A stretch of DNA of 64,000 nt from a virus (IMGVR_UViG_3300005844_000001:1-64000); one strand, 5' to 3'. Shown: positions 34,050 through 44,692, numbered from the stretch's first letter. Translations and numbers: made by a program. Notes: a model not told the origin generated them from the sequence alone.

Positions 34050-35105
34050 TTACGGAGCCACGCTGTGGATGATACCCGAGTTGCCGTTGTAGTCAGAGCG
34101 CAGTTGCGGAACCATGATGCACATGACTTTGAAGTTGAGCCTCATCCCGCCGAGAGTCTCCCACTGCACCGTTGTGATATCCATGCCGATAACCAAACGG
34201 ATAACGTCGCTGGTCATTTGCACGAGCACCGCCTGCGTTCCGGTAAGGTAATCCGCCGTCCGGATATCCGTGATACCGTTAATCTGCATGAGGCGTTGCC
34301 GCACGCTATTGTCTCCCTTGAGCGGGCTGTAATCGTTGTCGAGGAACAAGTCCCACGCGGGCGATACGTAGAGCACCCACGGACCGTGATGGAAGTTGTC
34401 CACCGAGTCCTGCCGGAGCGCCAGGATTTCTCCGAGCAATACTGCTGGAGTCCAGCCGCTTGCAGTCGGAGCTGTCAGTACTCGCGTCACCCGTCCGGGA
34501 AAGTTAGTCATCCCGTAAACTGTCCCGCCGCCGTAAGTAAACGTCGGCGCGATTCCGAGCACCAGCTTCTCGGCTTCCTCTGCCACCCGACGGGCAGCAA
34601 GCTGCGCCGTTGCAGTATCAATCGAAGAGCCAAGGTTGCGCGATACAGCGATTTGACGAGCCGAGAAAAAGAAGTCCTTGTGAATCACCGGCAAGGGCAA
34701 GTTCACGAGGTCGAATTCCGGCCGGTCCGACTCGCTCTGGCGAATCGGGTCCATGCTGATGGTTGCCGGCGTGATATCACCCATCGTCTCGCTTTCCAGC
34801 ACCGTTCGGCTCATGCCGTTCGGGATATTGAGGACAAGTCCCGCAGAGCGCAAGTCAGCGACTACCCGGAGGCGCTCTTTCGCTGCTACAGAAATCGAGT
34901 CGTCAATCAACTTCCACTCTTCCCGGCGGAGCGAAGCCGTATTGTTAGTCGGAACCGCCACCATCTTGCCGTCGCCTTGGTTGCGAGCAATGTAGCTCCG
35001 CCCGTCCTTGCCCTGCCACGGGCGCAGTGCAGCAATGTCGAACCCACTGTGAAGTAATTGGGTGGCGACGTTACCGTTCGCCTGCCCGTTTAGAATAAAG
35101 TCCAT
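34050..35105 (-). CDS. Major capsid protein (HK97 fold, Linocin/encapsulin-like)
   Basis: 351 aa; PLPVIHKDF, YGMTNFP; follows protease and decoration genes. Confidence 0.9.
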   Translation of the reverse strand: MDFILNGQANGNVATQLLHSGFDIAALRPWQGKDGRSYIARNQGDGKMVAVPTNNTASLRREEWKLIDDSISVAAKERLRVVADLRSAGLVLNIPNGMSRTVLESETMGDITPATISMDPIRQSESDRPEFDLVNLPLPVIHKDFFFSARQIAVSRNLGSSIDTATAQLAARRVAEEAEKLVLGIAPTFTYGGGTVYGMTNFPGRVTRVLTAPTASGWTPAVLLGEILALRQDSVDNFHHGPWVLYVSPAWDLFLDNDYSPLKGDNSVRQRLMQINGITDIRTADYLTGTQAVLVQMTSDVIRLVIGMDITTVQWETLGGMRLNFKVMCIMVPQLRSDYNGNSGIIHSVAP

Positions 35106-35137
35106 ATTGATTTTTTCTGTCTTTTGTTTTTGGTTGT

Positions 35138-35620
35138 TTAGAGAATACGGACTTTGATACGTGAATCAGTGTCGTCCGAATTGCTTTGGTCCACTGCTTC
35201 TACCGCTACAGCGATACGAGATTGTCCCGCTTCGCTGCCCGCTTCCACTTGGAGCGTTCCGTCCCCGTTGGAGATTAGATAATCTCCCACGTTGGTAGCT
35301 TCGCCGCCAGACAACCACGCTTGCACTACGTCGCCCTTGTTGGCGATAACGTAGAATACCCGCTCGCCGACTGCATAAGCGTCGTCAATCGTCCGGCCCT
35401 GAAGGGCGTCTTCGGTAGCGAAAGCGGCTTCACACGGACCACCGACTTCGTTGTGCTTGATAGCCCGGCGGTCGTAACCACTATCCGTCGGAGGGATGAT
35501 AATCCCCGCCGAAGTGATTTTGATTAAGTGTCCCGGCTTGATAATCCCCGCGGCGGTCGCTTCCTCATAACGACCATCGCCGATGAGGTGAATCTTTGAA
35601 GGTCTGCCAGCTGCATTCAT
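35138..35620 (-). CDS. Head decoration/cement protein
   Basis: AAGIIKPG...VGDYLISNGDGTL...AVAVEA; position. Confidence 0.75.
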   Translation of the reverse strand: MNAAGRPSKIHLIGDGRYEEATAAGIIKPGHLIKITSAGIIIPPTDSGYDRRAIKHNEVGGPCEAAFATEDALQGRTIDDAYAVGERVFYVIANKGDVVQAWLSGGEATNVGDYLISNGDGTLQVEAGSEAGQSRIAVAVEAVDQSNSDDTDSRIKVRIL

Positions 35621-35647
35621 ATTGTATTTTTCTTTGAGTTGACCGAA

Positions 35648-37183
35648 TTACGCCGCTTTCTCCGTTTTGGAAAAGTTCATCGTCGGGAGCGCCAGCACTT
35701 CTTCTGCCTCTGTGTTTGTCGAGGGCACGGGAGCTTGTCCGCTATAGTTCGCCGGACGTTGCGCCACTTCTGCACCACCAGCCAGCCGCGCCAGACTCTT
35801 CAGTTCGCCGAGCGGACGGTTGTTCAAGTCTTCCTTCGAAAAGGAATTGTTCTTGTTGGCAGTAATGATATCCACGAGCCGTTGCTTCTCCTCGTTGTGG
35901 AGCGCCATGCTGTTGGTCAGCACGTCGCGCAATGCTTTGGGAGCATTCTGAATATACTCTTCAGCCGTTACCGGAACGGGCGGCTCCTTTGTGGGGGCCG
36001 TTGTGGGCTGAGATGTGTTACCCGTAGGAGCCGCCGCTGGAATCGTTGCCGCGCCCGTTGTAGTTGCCGCAGGCATCGGGACAATGGTCTCTTTTGCCGG
36101 AAGCTTGATTTTCTCCAAAGACTTTAGGGGAAGCGCCTGGAGCGTGGCGCGGTCCTCTTCTACCCAACCCGCGTTGCCGATTAGGGCGTCGACGAGTGCT
36201 TTCTTTTGTTCTGCTTCAGTCATAACTGTTTTCGTTTCTTGTTTGTTTTGGTTCCCGACAAAGGCCCCTGCTACGCTGCGGTATTCAGTGACCCTTTTTA
36301 CTTCTGTCGGCTCTCCTTTATCCAACGACACACCTCCATCGTCGTCGGTAGTATAGCCGAGTCTCCAAAGTTTCCCGTCTTTGGAGAAGATAAAAAAATT
36401 CGAATAGACGTCCTGCACCCAAGGCCCCGAGATTTCGCCGGACTTGGAAGCAGTAGAGAATCTGGCGCGCAGCAACTCGCCAAGCGTGGAAGAGATATTG
36501 CCGAACGAAGACTCGTTGAGCGAGACGTCCTTGTGAACTTCGTTGCGAAGGAAGCCGGCGCCATCAGCAATACTGCACGCGCCGACTTTGTCTGGCAGCA
36601 AAGCAAGGTGGTCCGGACGATAGTTGCGAGCAATCGCCACGTAGTCTTCTTTTTGCCACTTGCCGGGAGTCTTGTCTTCGTCGACAAAGACGCCGGTAGA
36701 CAGCTCCATCATCTCGTTGGCTTTGACCGCCGCCATTATCCGCTCGTCGATTATATCGGCTCGGGACTTTTCAATCCACGCTTCCGACTTCAGCCGCCCC
36801 TTTTCATACTTGGTATTGAGCATAACGCCCACTTTGCGATTGTTGATAATCGTGGGGTCGCATGCAGAGATACCTTGCCCGTTGAGCTCGGGATGATAGA
36901 CGACTACTGGCTTGTGATTCCAAGCTGCCGGCGTCTTGCTAAGCTCTTCCTTCGGATATAAAAGTGGCCCGTCGCTTCCGGCGTGCACTCCCTCGGTAAG
37001 TATCACCATGGGGACAACCAAGTGCTCCCGTCCTTCCAGCGTCTCGTAGCGGCACTGATTCGGCAGCAGGTTGCAAGTGAAACTTTGAAGGTGCCCCGGA
37101 CTGTTCTCGTTTCGGACTAACTTTGACTTTCTGGTTTTATTCAGCACATTGCGGAGACTATCTTCTCCCAATGCATAAGTCAA
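35648..37183 (-). CDS. Prohead protease/scaffold (DUF2213-like)
   Basis: PVVVYHP, ELSTG, DHLALLP..GACS; low-complexity scaffold C-terminus. Confidence 0.85.
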   Translation of the reverse strand: MTYALGEDSLRNVLNKTRKSKLVRNENSPGHLQSFTCNLLPNQCRYETLEGREHLVVPMVILTEGVHAGSDGPLLYPKEELSKTPAAWNHKPVVVYHPELNGQGISACDPTIINNRKVGVMLNTKYEKGRLKSEAWIEKSRADIIDERIMAAVKANEMMELSTGVFVDEDKTPGKWQKEDYVAIARNYRPDHLALLPDKVGACSIADGAGFLRNEVHKDVSLNESSFGNISSTLGELLRARFSTASKSGEISGPWVQDVYSNFFIFSKDGKLWRLGYTTDDDGGVSLDKGEPTEVKRVTEYRSVAGAFVGNQNKQETKTVMTEAEQKKALVDALIGNAGWVEEDRATLQALPLKSLEKIKLPAKETIVPMPAATTTGAATIPAAAPTGNTSQPTTAPTKEPPVPVTAEEYIQNAPKALRDVLTNSMALHNEEKQRLVDIITANKNNSFSKEDLNNRPLGELKSLARLAGGAEVAQRPANYSGQAPVPSTNTEAEEVLALPTMNFSKTEKAA

Positions 37184-37411
37184 CTATTCCATTTTCCGCA
37201 TCTTTTTGATGGCACTACGCGGAATGGTGAGCTGGTCCATATAGCGATGCCGCTGGCTTACGCTAGTGGAAATAGTTACCGAATGTTTGCCTTCGTGAAC
37301 GAGCAATCCCACAGAGAGGATATAGTGGCGGCCGTCTCGTTGCGGGTTGTCCCAGCCGGGGCTGGTAAACGAGTCCTCCCACTTAATCTGAACTGCTTTA
37401 AGCTTTTTCAC
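37184..37411 (-). CDS. Conserved phage hypothetical protein
   Basis: V.IKWEDS...SVG.L...IP..AI pattern. Confidence 0.65.
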   Translation of the reverse strand: MKKLKAVQIKWEDSFTSPGWDNPQRDGRHYILSVGLLVHEGKHSVTISTSVSQRHRYMDQLTIPRSAIKKMRKME

Positions 37412-38213
37412 GCTTCTGTATGTGGTCGAGCAATACTCGACGGTTCGCGTCCATGTGCGTGCGGTAAGCGTTAGCGACGGAACGAGCGTGCCAACGGTGC
37501 ATCAAGCAGAGCCACTTGTTGCGCTGAAATAATTCCCAAGCTTTGACTCGGCTAATCTCGTCCCGGCAGCGCCACGTCACGTTCGTAATATCCAACCGGC
37601 CAGATAGCGGACAAGCTCCACGCTGGTGGCGCTCCAGCATATAGATTTGCTGGTAGTCTTCCCAGCCGTAGCCGGCAAAGCGTTCATCACACCCGCCTAA
37701 GTCCAAGTATTCCTGGCGCCGGCAAATGAAGTTAGTCCCGGCCGGGCGCAAGTAGGAATTGGCCGAGTAAAAGCCGGGGTTCTCCATAATCTCCGTATAG
37801 TTGCGCTCAGTAAGGTCTTTTGTATCCAGCAGAGTAGAAGCTTTGCGGTTCAAGTAAAGCATTCCGCCATTGAACCACTCCCGCGGAGTTGCCCAAACTA
37901 GAATTGGCAGAAGCTCTTTGAAATAGCGGGGATTGGGAAGCGTGTCTATGTCGAGCTTCATTATCCACTCCGACGTGGACATCTTCGCTCCTTCGTTGTG
38001 GTAATAGCCGATGGAACGTCCCTCTTTGAAATGGATTCCGATAACGTCAACGGCCCACAAGTCCGTAAAGTCTAGCTCTTTGCGCGGAGCTACTTCTCCA
38101 ATAAAAAACAGGAGGTGATTTACTTCGGGGTGAGCAGCGGCCCGAATTGCTTTCAGCCATACCTTCAGCGCGTCCGGCCGGTTCCAAACCGGGGTGATAG
38201 TTGTGAGAGTCAC
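37398..38213 (-). CDS. Glycosyltransferase (GT2 with GT7-like C-terminus)
   Basis: ITPVWNR, DID, GGCDERFAGYGWED. Confidence 0.88.
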   Translation of the reverse strand: MTLTTITPVWNRPDALKVWLKAIRAAAHPEVNHLLFFIGEVAPRKELDFTDLWAVDVIGIHFKEGRSIGYYHNEGAKMSTSEWIMKLDIDTLPNPRYFKELLPILVWATPREWFNGGMLYLNRKASTLLDTKDLTERNYTEIMENPGFYSANSYLRPAGTNFICRRQEYLDLGGCDERFAGYGWEDYQQIYMLERHQRGACPLSGRLDITNVTWRCRDEISRVKAWELFQRNKWLCLMHRWHARSVANAYRTHMDANRRVLLDHIQKREKA

Positions 38214-38905
38214 CGGGAACCGTCGGTTGGGTGTCTTTGTTCCCTATCTCCTAAATCTCGGCGGCTCGGAGACTTGTCGACTTTTTGAATCTCTAACTTG
38301 TGCTTAAGGCAATCGGGGCAGTCTACTTCGTCCCAATACGCTGACCACAAGTGGCCAGACGGCCAGACTTTCGGGACGCCTTGGATTCCACAAGGAGCTT
38401 GTCCGGCATGAAGGTGATGGACGACAGCTACTTTTCGAATCTGCGTCACTGTCTTGTCCGTTCCCGGCTTTGCTTTGTCCCAGCCGGCGGGCGTCATTGC
38501 GTCTACCCTTGCCGCCTCCTGCTCCACTTCCCGCGCTGAAGCGCCCACGCCAGCCAGTGCTTTGTCAGCCCGCTCCGCTGCTTTCTTGTCGGAGTATTTC
38601 AGTTCGTTGTAGCGTTTGGTCAGCTTGAGAATGTTAGCATCCAGCGTCTCTTGCCGCGAGATATCCATCGCTTGCCGGAGCCCTTCCATATAGAATTCCA
38701 AATCGCCGAGCTCTTCGATAACGTTGGCGCGGTCGAGCGGCTTGCGGTAGATAACCGGGCGCTTAATCGCGTCGAATAGCTCTCCGGCTTCGCTACAAAT
38801 ACAAGACGACATGTGCCAAATACTGCAGTCCCAAGGAGTCAGCTCGTTCAAGATATCTTCTCCAGGCTTGGTCAGCTTCGCTACTAATTCAGGGTGAGTA
38901 ATCAT
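38210..38905 (-). CDS. MazG-like NTP pyrophosphohydrolase
   Basis: EAGELFDAIK...EELGDLEFY...NILKLTKRY. Confidence 0.88.
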   Translation of the reverse strand: MITHPELVAKLTKPGEDILNELTPWDCSIWHMSSCICSEAGELFDAIKRPVIYRKPLDRANVIEELGDLEFYMEGLRQAMDISRQETLDANILKLTKRYNELKYSDKKAAERADKALAGVGASAREVEQEAARVDAMTPAGWDKAKPGTDKTVTQIRKVAVVHHLHAGQAPCGIQGVPKVWPSGHLWSAYWDEVDCPDCLKHKLEIQKVDKSPSRRDLGDREQRHPTDGSR

Positions 38906-39147
38906 TGTGAGTTGTGGTTTTTAGTTATCCGTTTAATTTCTCGGTCAATATAGTATCTGGCCTTCTGCAAGTCCTGTAGCGCGTCCCCTTTCTCTCCAGC
39001 CCTCCAAATATATTTCATCGCATTGCCTAAACAAAAGTTCATATGCTCGACCACTTCAATACATTCAATCCCCGAAGGAGAGACGTTATAGTGCTTGGCG
39101 CGATTTACCGGATGGAAAGGCTCGATAGCTGGAGCTTTAGTTTTCAT
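38902..39147 (-). CDS. DUF3310 protein
   Basis: VN..KHY...IECIE...GNAMKYIWRAGEK...DLQKA.YY. Confidence 0.9.
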   Translation of the reverse strand: MKTKAPAIEPFHPVNRAKHYNVSPSGIECIEVVEHMNFCLGNAMKYIWRAGEKGDALQDLQKARYYIDREIKRITKNHNSQ

Positions 39148-39346
39148 AGTTCAGCTTCGCGCAGCGCTGCGAGCAGCGCGTTTGATTTTGCCGCTCCTTC
39201 TCCCTGCGGAAGAGACTTGACATAATCGAACCACCGGACGGACATCAGCCGCGGCCGGAACTGCAAAATAAATTCGTTCAACACAAAGCCATCCTTCTCC
39301 GGGTCTATCCGGTGAGCCACTGGAATCTTAATCATCTGCCCCTCGG

Positions 39347-39976
39347 TCATACCCGCAAGTAAAAAGCATCGCCCCACCCACTGCCGGTCATCTTAATTTC
39401 TTTCCGCTCAAAGCCACGATTGCCTAACCAGCTATCAATTTGAGCTGCTGATGGGCATCCTATGTAAAGCTCTTTTTCGTTCACTTCAATGTAGACCGAA
39501 TCGAACTGCTTCAGCAAGTCGCCCATCCCGCGCAGCGCCAGCAGCTCGGCTCCTTGCAAGTCGACGTTGAGCAACCATCCGGGGCCGACTTCCAGATTGT
39601 TTTGCCGGAGCAAAGTATCCACTCGGATAGTTGCCATCCGAATCGTCTTGACGTAGCGGACTGTAGGGTGCGCTTGCGCGTGCGTCCCGAGCTCAAGAAA
39701 CGAAGAGCTCTGGCCATCATTAGACGCTACGTGGAAGTCCACTTGTTGATTGTCAACGTCGCTTAAGCACGCTAATAACGCGACGGAACCGCGTATAGGA
39801 GCGATTTTCTGCTTCAGGACGTCAAATACTTGCGGAAGAGCTTCCACCCAGACAACCCGCTCGATTCCTGCAGCCGCGTAGGCTGGAGCTTCCTGTCCCT
39901 CATTTGCTCCTAAGTGGAGAACACCGGGCGGGCGGAGCGAATACTTTTTGCACAAATAGTCAAACGGTATCAGCAT
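39347..39976 (-). CDS. FkbM-family methyltransferase
   Basis: LHLGANEGQE, VDLQGAEL, YIEVN, WGDAFY. Confidence 0.9.
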   Translation of the reverse strand: MLIPFDYLCKKYSLRPPGVLHLGANEGQEAPAYAAAGIERVVWVEALPQVFDVLKQKIAPIRGSVALLACLSDVDNQQVDFHVASNDGQSSSFLELGTHAQAHPTVRYVKTIRMATIRVDTLLRQNNLEVGPGWLLNVDLQGAELLALRGMGDLLKQFDSVYIEVNEKELYIGCPSAAQIDSWLGNRGFERKEIKMTGSGWGDAFYLRV

Positions 39977-40520
39977 AAGAATGAGCGTAGAACCACGCGC
40001 CGGCGTCCTCCGGCTTGTCTTCCGGCAAAGTATTTACCTCGAGAAATCTTTCCTTAGCAAAGTCCAGTACCGCTTGATGGACTCCGTAGCTCGGGTTCAA
40101 GTAATCGTGGAAAGCCATTACTCCTTTCTCAACCAGCTTCGGATACCACGCTCGAATATCGTTCATCACGCCTTCGTAAGAATGGTCCGCGTCGATGTAA
40201 ACGAGCCGCAAGCAGCGAGCTGGAATCCGCATCGCCACTTGCACTGAATCTCCTTTAAGAAAAGTGACCGCTGTCCGTACCGATTTCATTTTCTGCTTGG
40301 CTTGAGCGAAGTTGCTATCGTGCCAGGATTGCGGACAAGACGCATCTCCTTTCTGCGTCGGCACGCAAGCCCAACGGTCGACGCAGTAAAGCGTGGAGAA
40401 GACAATCGGCCAGTCGAGCATCTCCCGGCTAAAGTTTCCCTCTGCTACTCCAATCTCGGCGATACCGCCGGGGACGTTCTTGACCAGCTGCCACAAGTCA
40501 CGTCGATATTGAATACTCAT
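39960..40520 (-). CDS. Class I SAM methyltransferase (Methyltransf_24-like)
   Basis: AEIGVAEG, VYIDADHSYE, AFHDY. Confidence 0.88.
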   Translation of the reverse strand: MSIQYRRDLWQLVKNVPGGIAEIGVAEGNFSREMLDWPIVFSTLYCVDRWACVPTQKGDASCPQSWHDSNFAQAKQKMKSVRTAVTFLKGDSVQVAMRIPARCLRLVYIDADHSYEGVMNDIRAWYPKLVEKGVMAFHDYLNPSYGVHQAVLDFAKERFLEVNTLPEDKPEDAGAWFYAHSYADTV

Positions 40521-41461
40521 AAACCAGTCCGGTTGCCAAAAAGGTAATTCAAATAATCATAGCCATCGCCGCCCGGAGTATATTGGCCCTCGCGGATAAT
40601 CTTCAACCCCTTTACCGGAAGCTCCAACTCGTAGAGGAGCAAAGAAAATTGAGTCTCCGGAGCGAAAACATAGTCATTCTTTTGAGCGGTATTGTAAGTA
40701 TTGTGCTTCCGGTTCGTAATCAAGCCCATCCGATTAAGATTAGGGAACAAGCGCTCAGCTACTTCCCGCCCAGAGAACCAACAAAAGTCATCAGCCCATT
40801 CCATCTCGTCAAATGAGATATTGCCGCGCACGCTCCCGCAAACAAATAGGGCGTTCAAGTCGTCTATGTAGCGCCGGATATCCCAAGACCAATCTACCAC
40901 GAAGTCTGGCCGCGCTCGCATAACGTAAGCATAGCGAGCGCCCCGCTGGACTTCGTACCGCTCCATAGCTTCGTAGCACGTCCGCACACGGTGATACTGG
41001 TCAACTACGTAGCCAATCCCGGCGTCTTCCGGCAGCACGTCGTTCCCACTACACGGCGGCGGCAGTCTTCGTAATCTATTCTCCGCTTGATAGAGCTTGA
41101 TTGCTTCAGCCATCTTCCGCCGGTTAAGCGCTACAGTCAGTTGGTCAGATAAGCTCTGGTCCTCAACGAACAATATCTGCTTGAGCACTTCCGGCCCGAG
41201 CAACTCGGCAATCTCCATTACTTCCGAACTGGTAACCAGACGCTCCTCTCGCACGATAGTCTTGCCTTTCTCGTGCCAGGTTAAGCGGTTAGCTGAAGAG
41301 ACAACCAGCGGAGTAGACGGAGCCTTGCGAAGCATATTTTTCCACGACGTCACAATAAAGACGTCCGCTTCACTCGGCCGAGCTAAGTTGTCGCGCAAAG
41401 AGGGGAGCGAATTACGCCAACTCCCTAGCCGGCCGGATAATAAGATAGCTGTCTGGTTCAC
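40517..41461 (-). CDS. Putative glycosyltransferase-like protein
   Basis: AILLSGRL, Y.YVMRARPD, PE motifs; cluster context. Confidence 0.55.
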   Translation of the reverse strand: MNQTAILLSGRLGSWRNSLPSLRDNLARPSEADVFIVTSWKNMLRKAPSTPLVVSSANRLTWHEKGKTIVREERLVTSSEVMEIAELLGPEVLKQILFVEDQSLSDQLTVALNRRKMAEAIKLYQAENRLRRLPPPCSGNDVLPEDAGIGYVVDQYHRVRTCYEAMERYEVQRGARYAYVMRARPDFVVDWSWDIRRYIDDLNALFVCGSVRGNISFDEMEWADDFCWFSGREVAERLFPNLNRMGLITNRKHNTYNTAQKNDYVFAPETQFSLLLYELELPVKGLKIIREGQYTPGGDGYDYLNYLFGNRTGL

Positions 41462-41699
41462 GCTCCCCGCTCGGCCATCGCTTTGTCCAGCTGCGCCACT
41501 TTTTCTGGAGTCAGCATGGCAATTACTTTTCGCGCATGCTCCGGCAGTTCCCGAAGGTGTTTGTCGCCGGGCAGTTTTAATACCCGCGATACGTCGAGCG
41601 TCAGCATCGTCATCTCGTTGATTTGGTTTTGCAGCTCGGCTAACTGCCGGCCGGCGTCCGGTTTGAGACTAGGACTAGGGTTTGGACTAGGACTTGGAT

Positions 41700-42467
41700 T
41701 CATAATTTTCCTTTGTTTTGGTTTGCTTCGTGCCATTCAAATTTCGTCGGGTCAAAGTCTTCCATACGTTGCGCGAACCAATATGGGCCGAGCTTGCTAA
41801 AGCCAGAGAAGATAGTCATCCCCTTGCCGATATCCGACTTGTTGTCTCGTTGAATAACGCTACCGGGGACGAAAGCGAAAGTTTGCAGCTGCGGTTGGAT
41901 TTGAATCATTGCCCAGTCTATTCCCATACTCAAGTCCAGCCACTCGTCCAGCAAGTGCAATACTCGCTCAATACTCCGGTCGCGCACGACGTAAGCGTAG
42001 GTGCAGAAAGCGCCGTAAGTCCGCATCATCCGCGGGTCGTCCGTAGTCTCTGCGTCCCGACCCAAATCTTTCTTGTGCCAGTATGGAGGATTGACGTGGA
42101 AAGTGGCACCCAGCCACAAGATGTCCCACCAATTGCACTTCGCTAAGAACTGCTCCATATAATGCAACCGCAAGTGGAAGTCTTTGCAGAATATCAAATC
42201 GTCTTCCATTACCCAAGCGTGCTTCTTTTGCTTGAGCGCTTCTTGCATGATTTTGACTTGAGAAAACCAGCACCCTATCGCTCCAGGAGTCCGGTTCTGC
42301 ATAACTTCTACTCGCTTAGAGTTGCCTTTGTATTCGCTAGGGAGCATCCCGCGCACGCGAGTAGCGGGGATATGAGCTTCGTCGCAAGCTTTAGTCATCA
42401 AGTCCAAGCGGTCCCAACGGCTATCGAGGTTGACGAACCGAATACAGCTTTCTTCGATTAAGTTCAT
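41700..42467 (-). CDS. GT25-family glycosyltransferase
   Basis: VNLDSR.DR, GAIGC..S, VMEDD. Confidence 0.88.
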   Translation of the reverse strand: MNLIEESCIRFVNLDSRWDRLDLMTKACDEAHIPATRVRGMLPSEYKGNSKRVEVMQNRTPGAIGCWFSQVKIMQEALKQKKHAWVMEDDLIFCKDFHLRLHYMEQFLAKCNWWDILWLGATFHVNPPYWHKKDLGRDAETTDDPRMMRTYGAFCTYAYVVRDRSIERVLHLLDEWLDLSMGIDWAMIQIQPQLQTFAFVPGSVIQRDNKSDIGKGMTIFSGFSKLGPYWFAQRMEDFDPTKFEWHEANQNKGKL

Positions 42468-42994
42468 AAAGCAGGCAAGCGAGCGACGAGAATATCACCA
42501 ATATATTCAGAAGAGTTGACGAAAGAGATTTCAAAGTCTGGATTGATTCTAGCCAGAGCCATCTTTACTTCGTCCAGCGCGGGGAGCTCTCCACCGAACA
42601 AGCGCACGTCATCAATCAGTATCGTATGGTCTTTGATTTCGTGCATACTGATAAGCAGCAGCTCTTCTATCAAGGGACAATCTTCCATATCTCCGCTACC
42701 AGAGCCGCAAGCGTGAGCGTCGAGCCAGAACGTGCAGCGGGTCGTTACTTGTGGAAGCAATTCGCGCAAGAACTGGCGAGAATCTGTATTGTAAATATGG
42801 ACCTTAGTCCCAAATTTCTCAAACCGACAACAGCACCAACCATAGTCAAAGGGGTTGAGCTCTACCGAGTAGATGCACTTAAACCCGGCGTCTAGCGCTG
42901 CTTGAATTCCATTGCCGCGATGGCTCCCCGTCTCGATAAAGACCTGGTTGCGGTATTCGCTCAAGAAGTGTTTGGGACGAGGGATTGGCATCAA
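42464..42994 (-). CDS. Putative SAM methyltransferase
   Basis: FIETGS.RG.G, SVEL, FWLDAH, ILIDD. Confidence 0.75.
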   Translation of the reverse strand: MMPIPRPKHFLSEYRNQVFIETGSHRGNGIQAALDAGFKCIYSVELNPFDYGWCCCRFEKFGTKVHIYNTDSRQFLRELLPQVTTRCTFWLDAHACGSGSGDMEDCPLIEELLLISMHEIKDHTILIDDVRLFGGELPALDEVKMALARINPDFEISFVNSSEYIGDILVARLPAL

Positions 42995-43743
42995 TCAAGT
43001 CTTTCCCACTCGGGCGGCACGATGTCGCTCGTATCTAAATTCGCCCAGCCGGGAGTTATCCAGTGAGCTGGCATAATGATTCTCTTCTCCACGTTCTGGT
43101 TCAGCCACGCTCCCCACCAACTGAACGTGCTGGCAGAGCAAATATGGTGCTCGCAACCAGACATCTTTTCCAAGTCGCTTTCTTCGTCCAATCCCTCCGA
43201 GAACCGGCAATCTGAACGAGCGCCAAACGTAGTCTTGCACCACTCGATATCGTCAGAGAAGAAAAGAAACTCAGCGCCAGGAAACTGTTCCATTGCCCGC
43301 TCATACCACTCCTTCGTTACCGGAGGGTGCTTGAACATGGCTCCACGCTTGACGGTCAAGTAGTCTCCACGCCGCACGTGCACTGATACCGTTCCGAGCA
43401 ACGGAATCCAGCTGAAACTAAAAGCGTTCAGAATCTGGCGCCGGTAGTCCTTGAAATACTTTTCGCTCTGCCAGTAGCCGTCGAGGATAATATTCTTGCT
43501 GCGCCAATACTCGTCGAAAGCAATTAGCGAGTAGTTGTGCCCCTTTTCTTTCAGCTTCACCCAAGTATTCTTCGGGTCCCACTTGGGGTTGACCAAGTGC
43601 TGGAGATAAATCGGATGGTCAGTAGCGTCCCGAGTCGTGCTCGGTACAGTAAAGTCCAGCGCGTGCTTCCAAGCGTAAGCCATCGCAGTGGCAGCTTGAA
43701 AAAGAAAGTTGCCCATGCGCCCGACGTTGTGGAACGTAACCAT
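42991..43743 (-). CDS. GT11 alpha-1,2-fucosyltransferase-like
   Basis: GRMGN..FQ, GYWQSEKYF, HVRRGDY, FSDDI.W, STFSWWGAWL. Confidence 0.92.
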   Translation of the reverse strand: MVTFHNVGRMGNFLFQAATAMAYAWKHALDFTVPSTTRDATDHPIYLQHLVNPKWDPKNTWVKLKEKGHNYSLIAFDEYWRSKNIILDGYWQSEKYFKDYRRQILNAFSFSWIPLLGTVSVHVRRGDYLTVKRGAMFKHPPVTKEWYERAMEQFPGAEFLFFSDDIEWCKTTFGARSDCRFSEGLDEESDLEKMSGCEHHICSASTFSWWGAWLNQNVEKRIIMPAHWITPGWANLDTSDIVPPEWERLD

Positions 43744-43816
43744 TATCGATTCTCCGTCCAGATTAAGAAGCCGACAGTAGCTAAGAACACGACTGCAACT
43801 ATTGCATCCGCCCAGT

Positions 43817-44515
43817 TCATCTCATTTCCCTTAGTTTCCGTTCGATTTGTTTTGCCAGATTGCCGGTCTTATGGCACTCCGTCTTGTAGTGGCTGCCAGC
43901 GTGAACCCGATGTTTGTAACATAAACGTGGAACAAAGTAAAGCCGGTTTCCGTCCTTAAGCCAGTTGTAATTTTGGAACAAGCTATCCGCTGTATGCGGG
44001 TCGACTCGCCCATCCCAAACTCTGGAATACTCGTCCCGGCGGAAGAAATAATTAGCCGTATTGAGCGCGGTAAGGAAGTGCGGACGGTCGAGGCAGCGAG
44101 CCACGTTGTGGCGGTCAATCGTCATGCCGGCCAAGTGCCGGTAGTCGAAGCACGGCGCGGCATGAGTCGGCAAGTAAGCAGTCTGCGGGTCCCACGGCAT
44201 GATATGAAAGAGCGCATCCAGATAGTCGGGGCCCATCACGTTGTCAGAGTCAAATAGTATTACCCACTCGCCCGGCGCCCGCTCGACCGCTTCCTTCTTG
44301 TTCCGGTAGCAGTCGAGGTTCTGCGCGTTGCGCGACAAGAGCACATTCGGATTGCCAGCGAAGTGAGCGAGCAGCTTTTCCCAGCTGCCATCAGTACTGG
44401 CGTCGTCGGAGATAACAATCTCCCGAATACGCGGGTCGTCTTTGACTTGAGCGATAGCTTCGAGGAGAAAGTCGAAGCGATTGAAAGTGGTTAAAGCTAA
44501 AGTAACCTGCCTCAT
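43817..44515 (-). CDS. GT2-family glycosyltransferase
   Basis: TTFNR, ISDDASTD, FDSD. Confidence 0.9.
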   Translation of the reverse strand: MRQVTLALTTFNRFDFLLEAIAQVKDDPRIREIVISDDASTDGSWEKLLAHFAGNPNVLLSRNAQNLDCYRNKKEAVERAPGEWVILFDSDNVMGPDYLDALFHIMPWDPQTAYLPTHAAPCFDYRHLAGMTIDRHNVARCLDRPHFLTALNTANYFFRRDEYSRVWDGRVDPHTADSLFQNYNWLKDGNRLYFVPRLCYKHRVHAGSHYKTECHKTGNLAKQIERKLREMR

Positions 44516-44685
44516 TTGCCCATATAAAGTCTTTCAGCTTCTTCTCTCGATACGCCCCGCGCTATCGCTTGCTTTACCGCCAGCTCGTCTGCAGCCCGCT
44601 CGGCGCGAGGATTGTCCAGGATTTCCTCATGGATTTCTTTGTCTTGCTTGACTCCGCCTTCTATATAAAACATTTCATCGCCCAT
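44512..44685 (-). CDS. Small acidic protein after MuF (candidate immunity protein)
   Basis: 57 aa, starts 8 nt after the MuF stop. Confidence 0.5.
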   Translation of the reverse strand: MGDEMFYIEGGVKQDKEIHEEILDNPRAERAADELAVKQAIARGVSREEAERLYMGK

Positions 44686-44692
44686 AGTCTTA

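Noticed and set aside
34050-35105. Encapsulin/bacteriocin nanocompartment
   Set aside because: It sits in a canonical protease-decoration-capsid-connector order, so it is the phage major capsid
41666-41700. Short GGACTA-type tandem repeat
   Set aside because: It simply encodes an NPSPSPNPSPS linker
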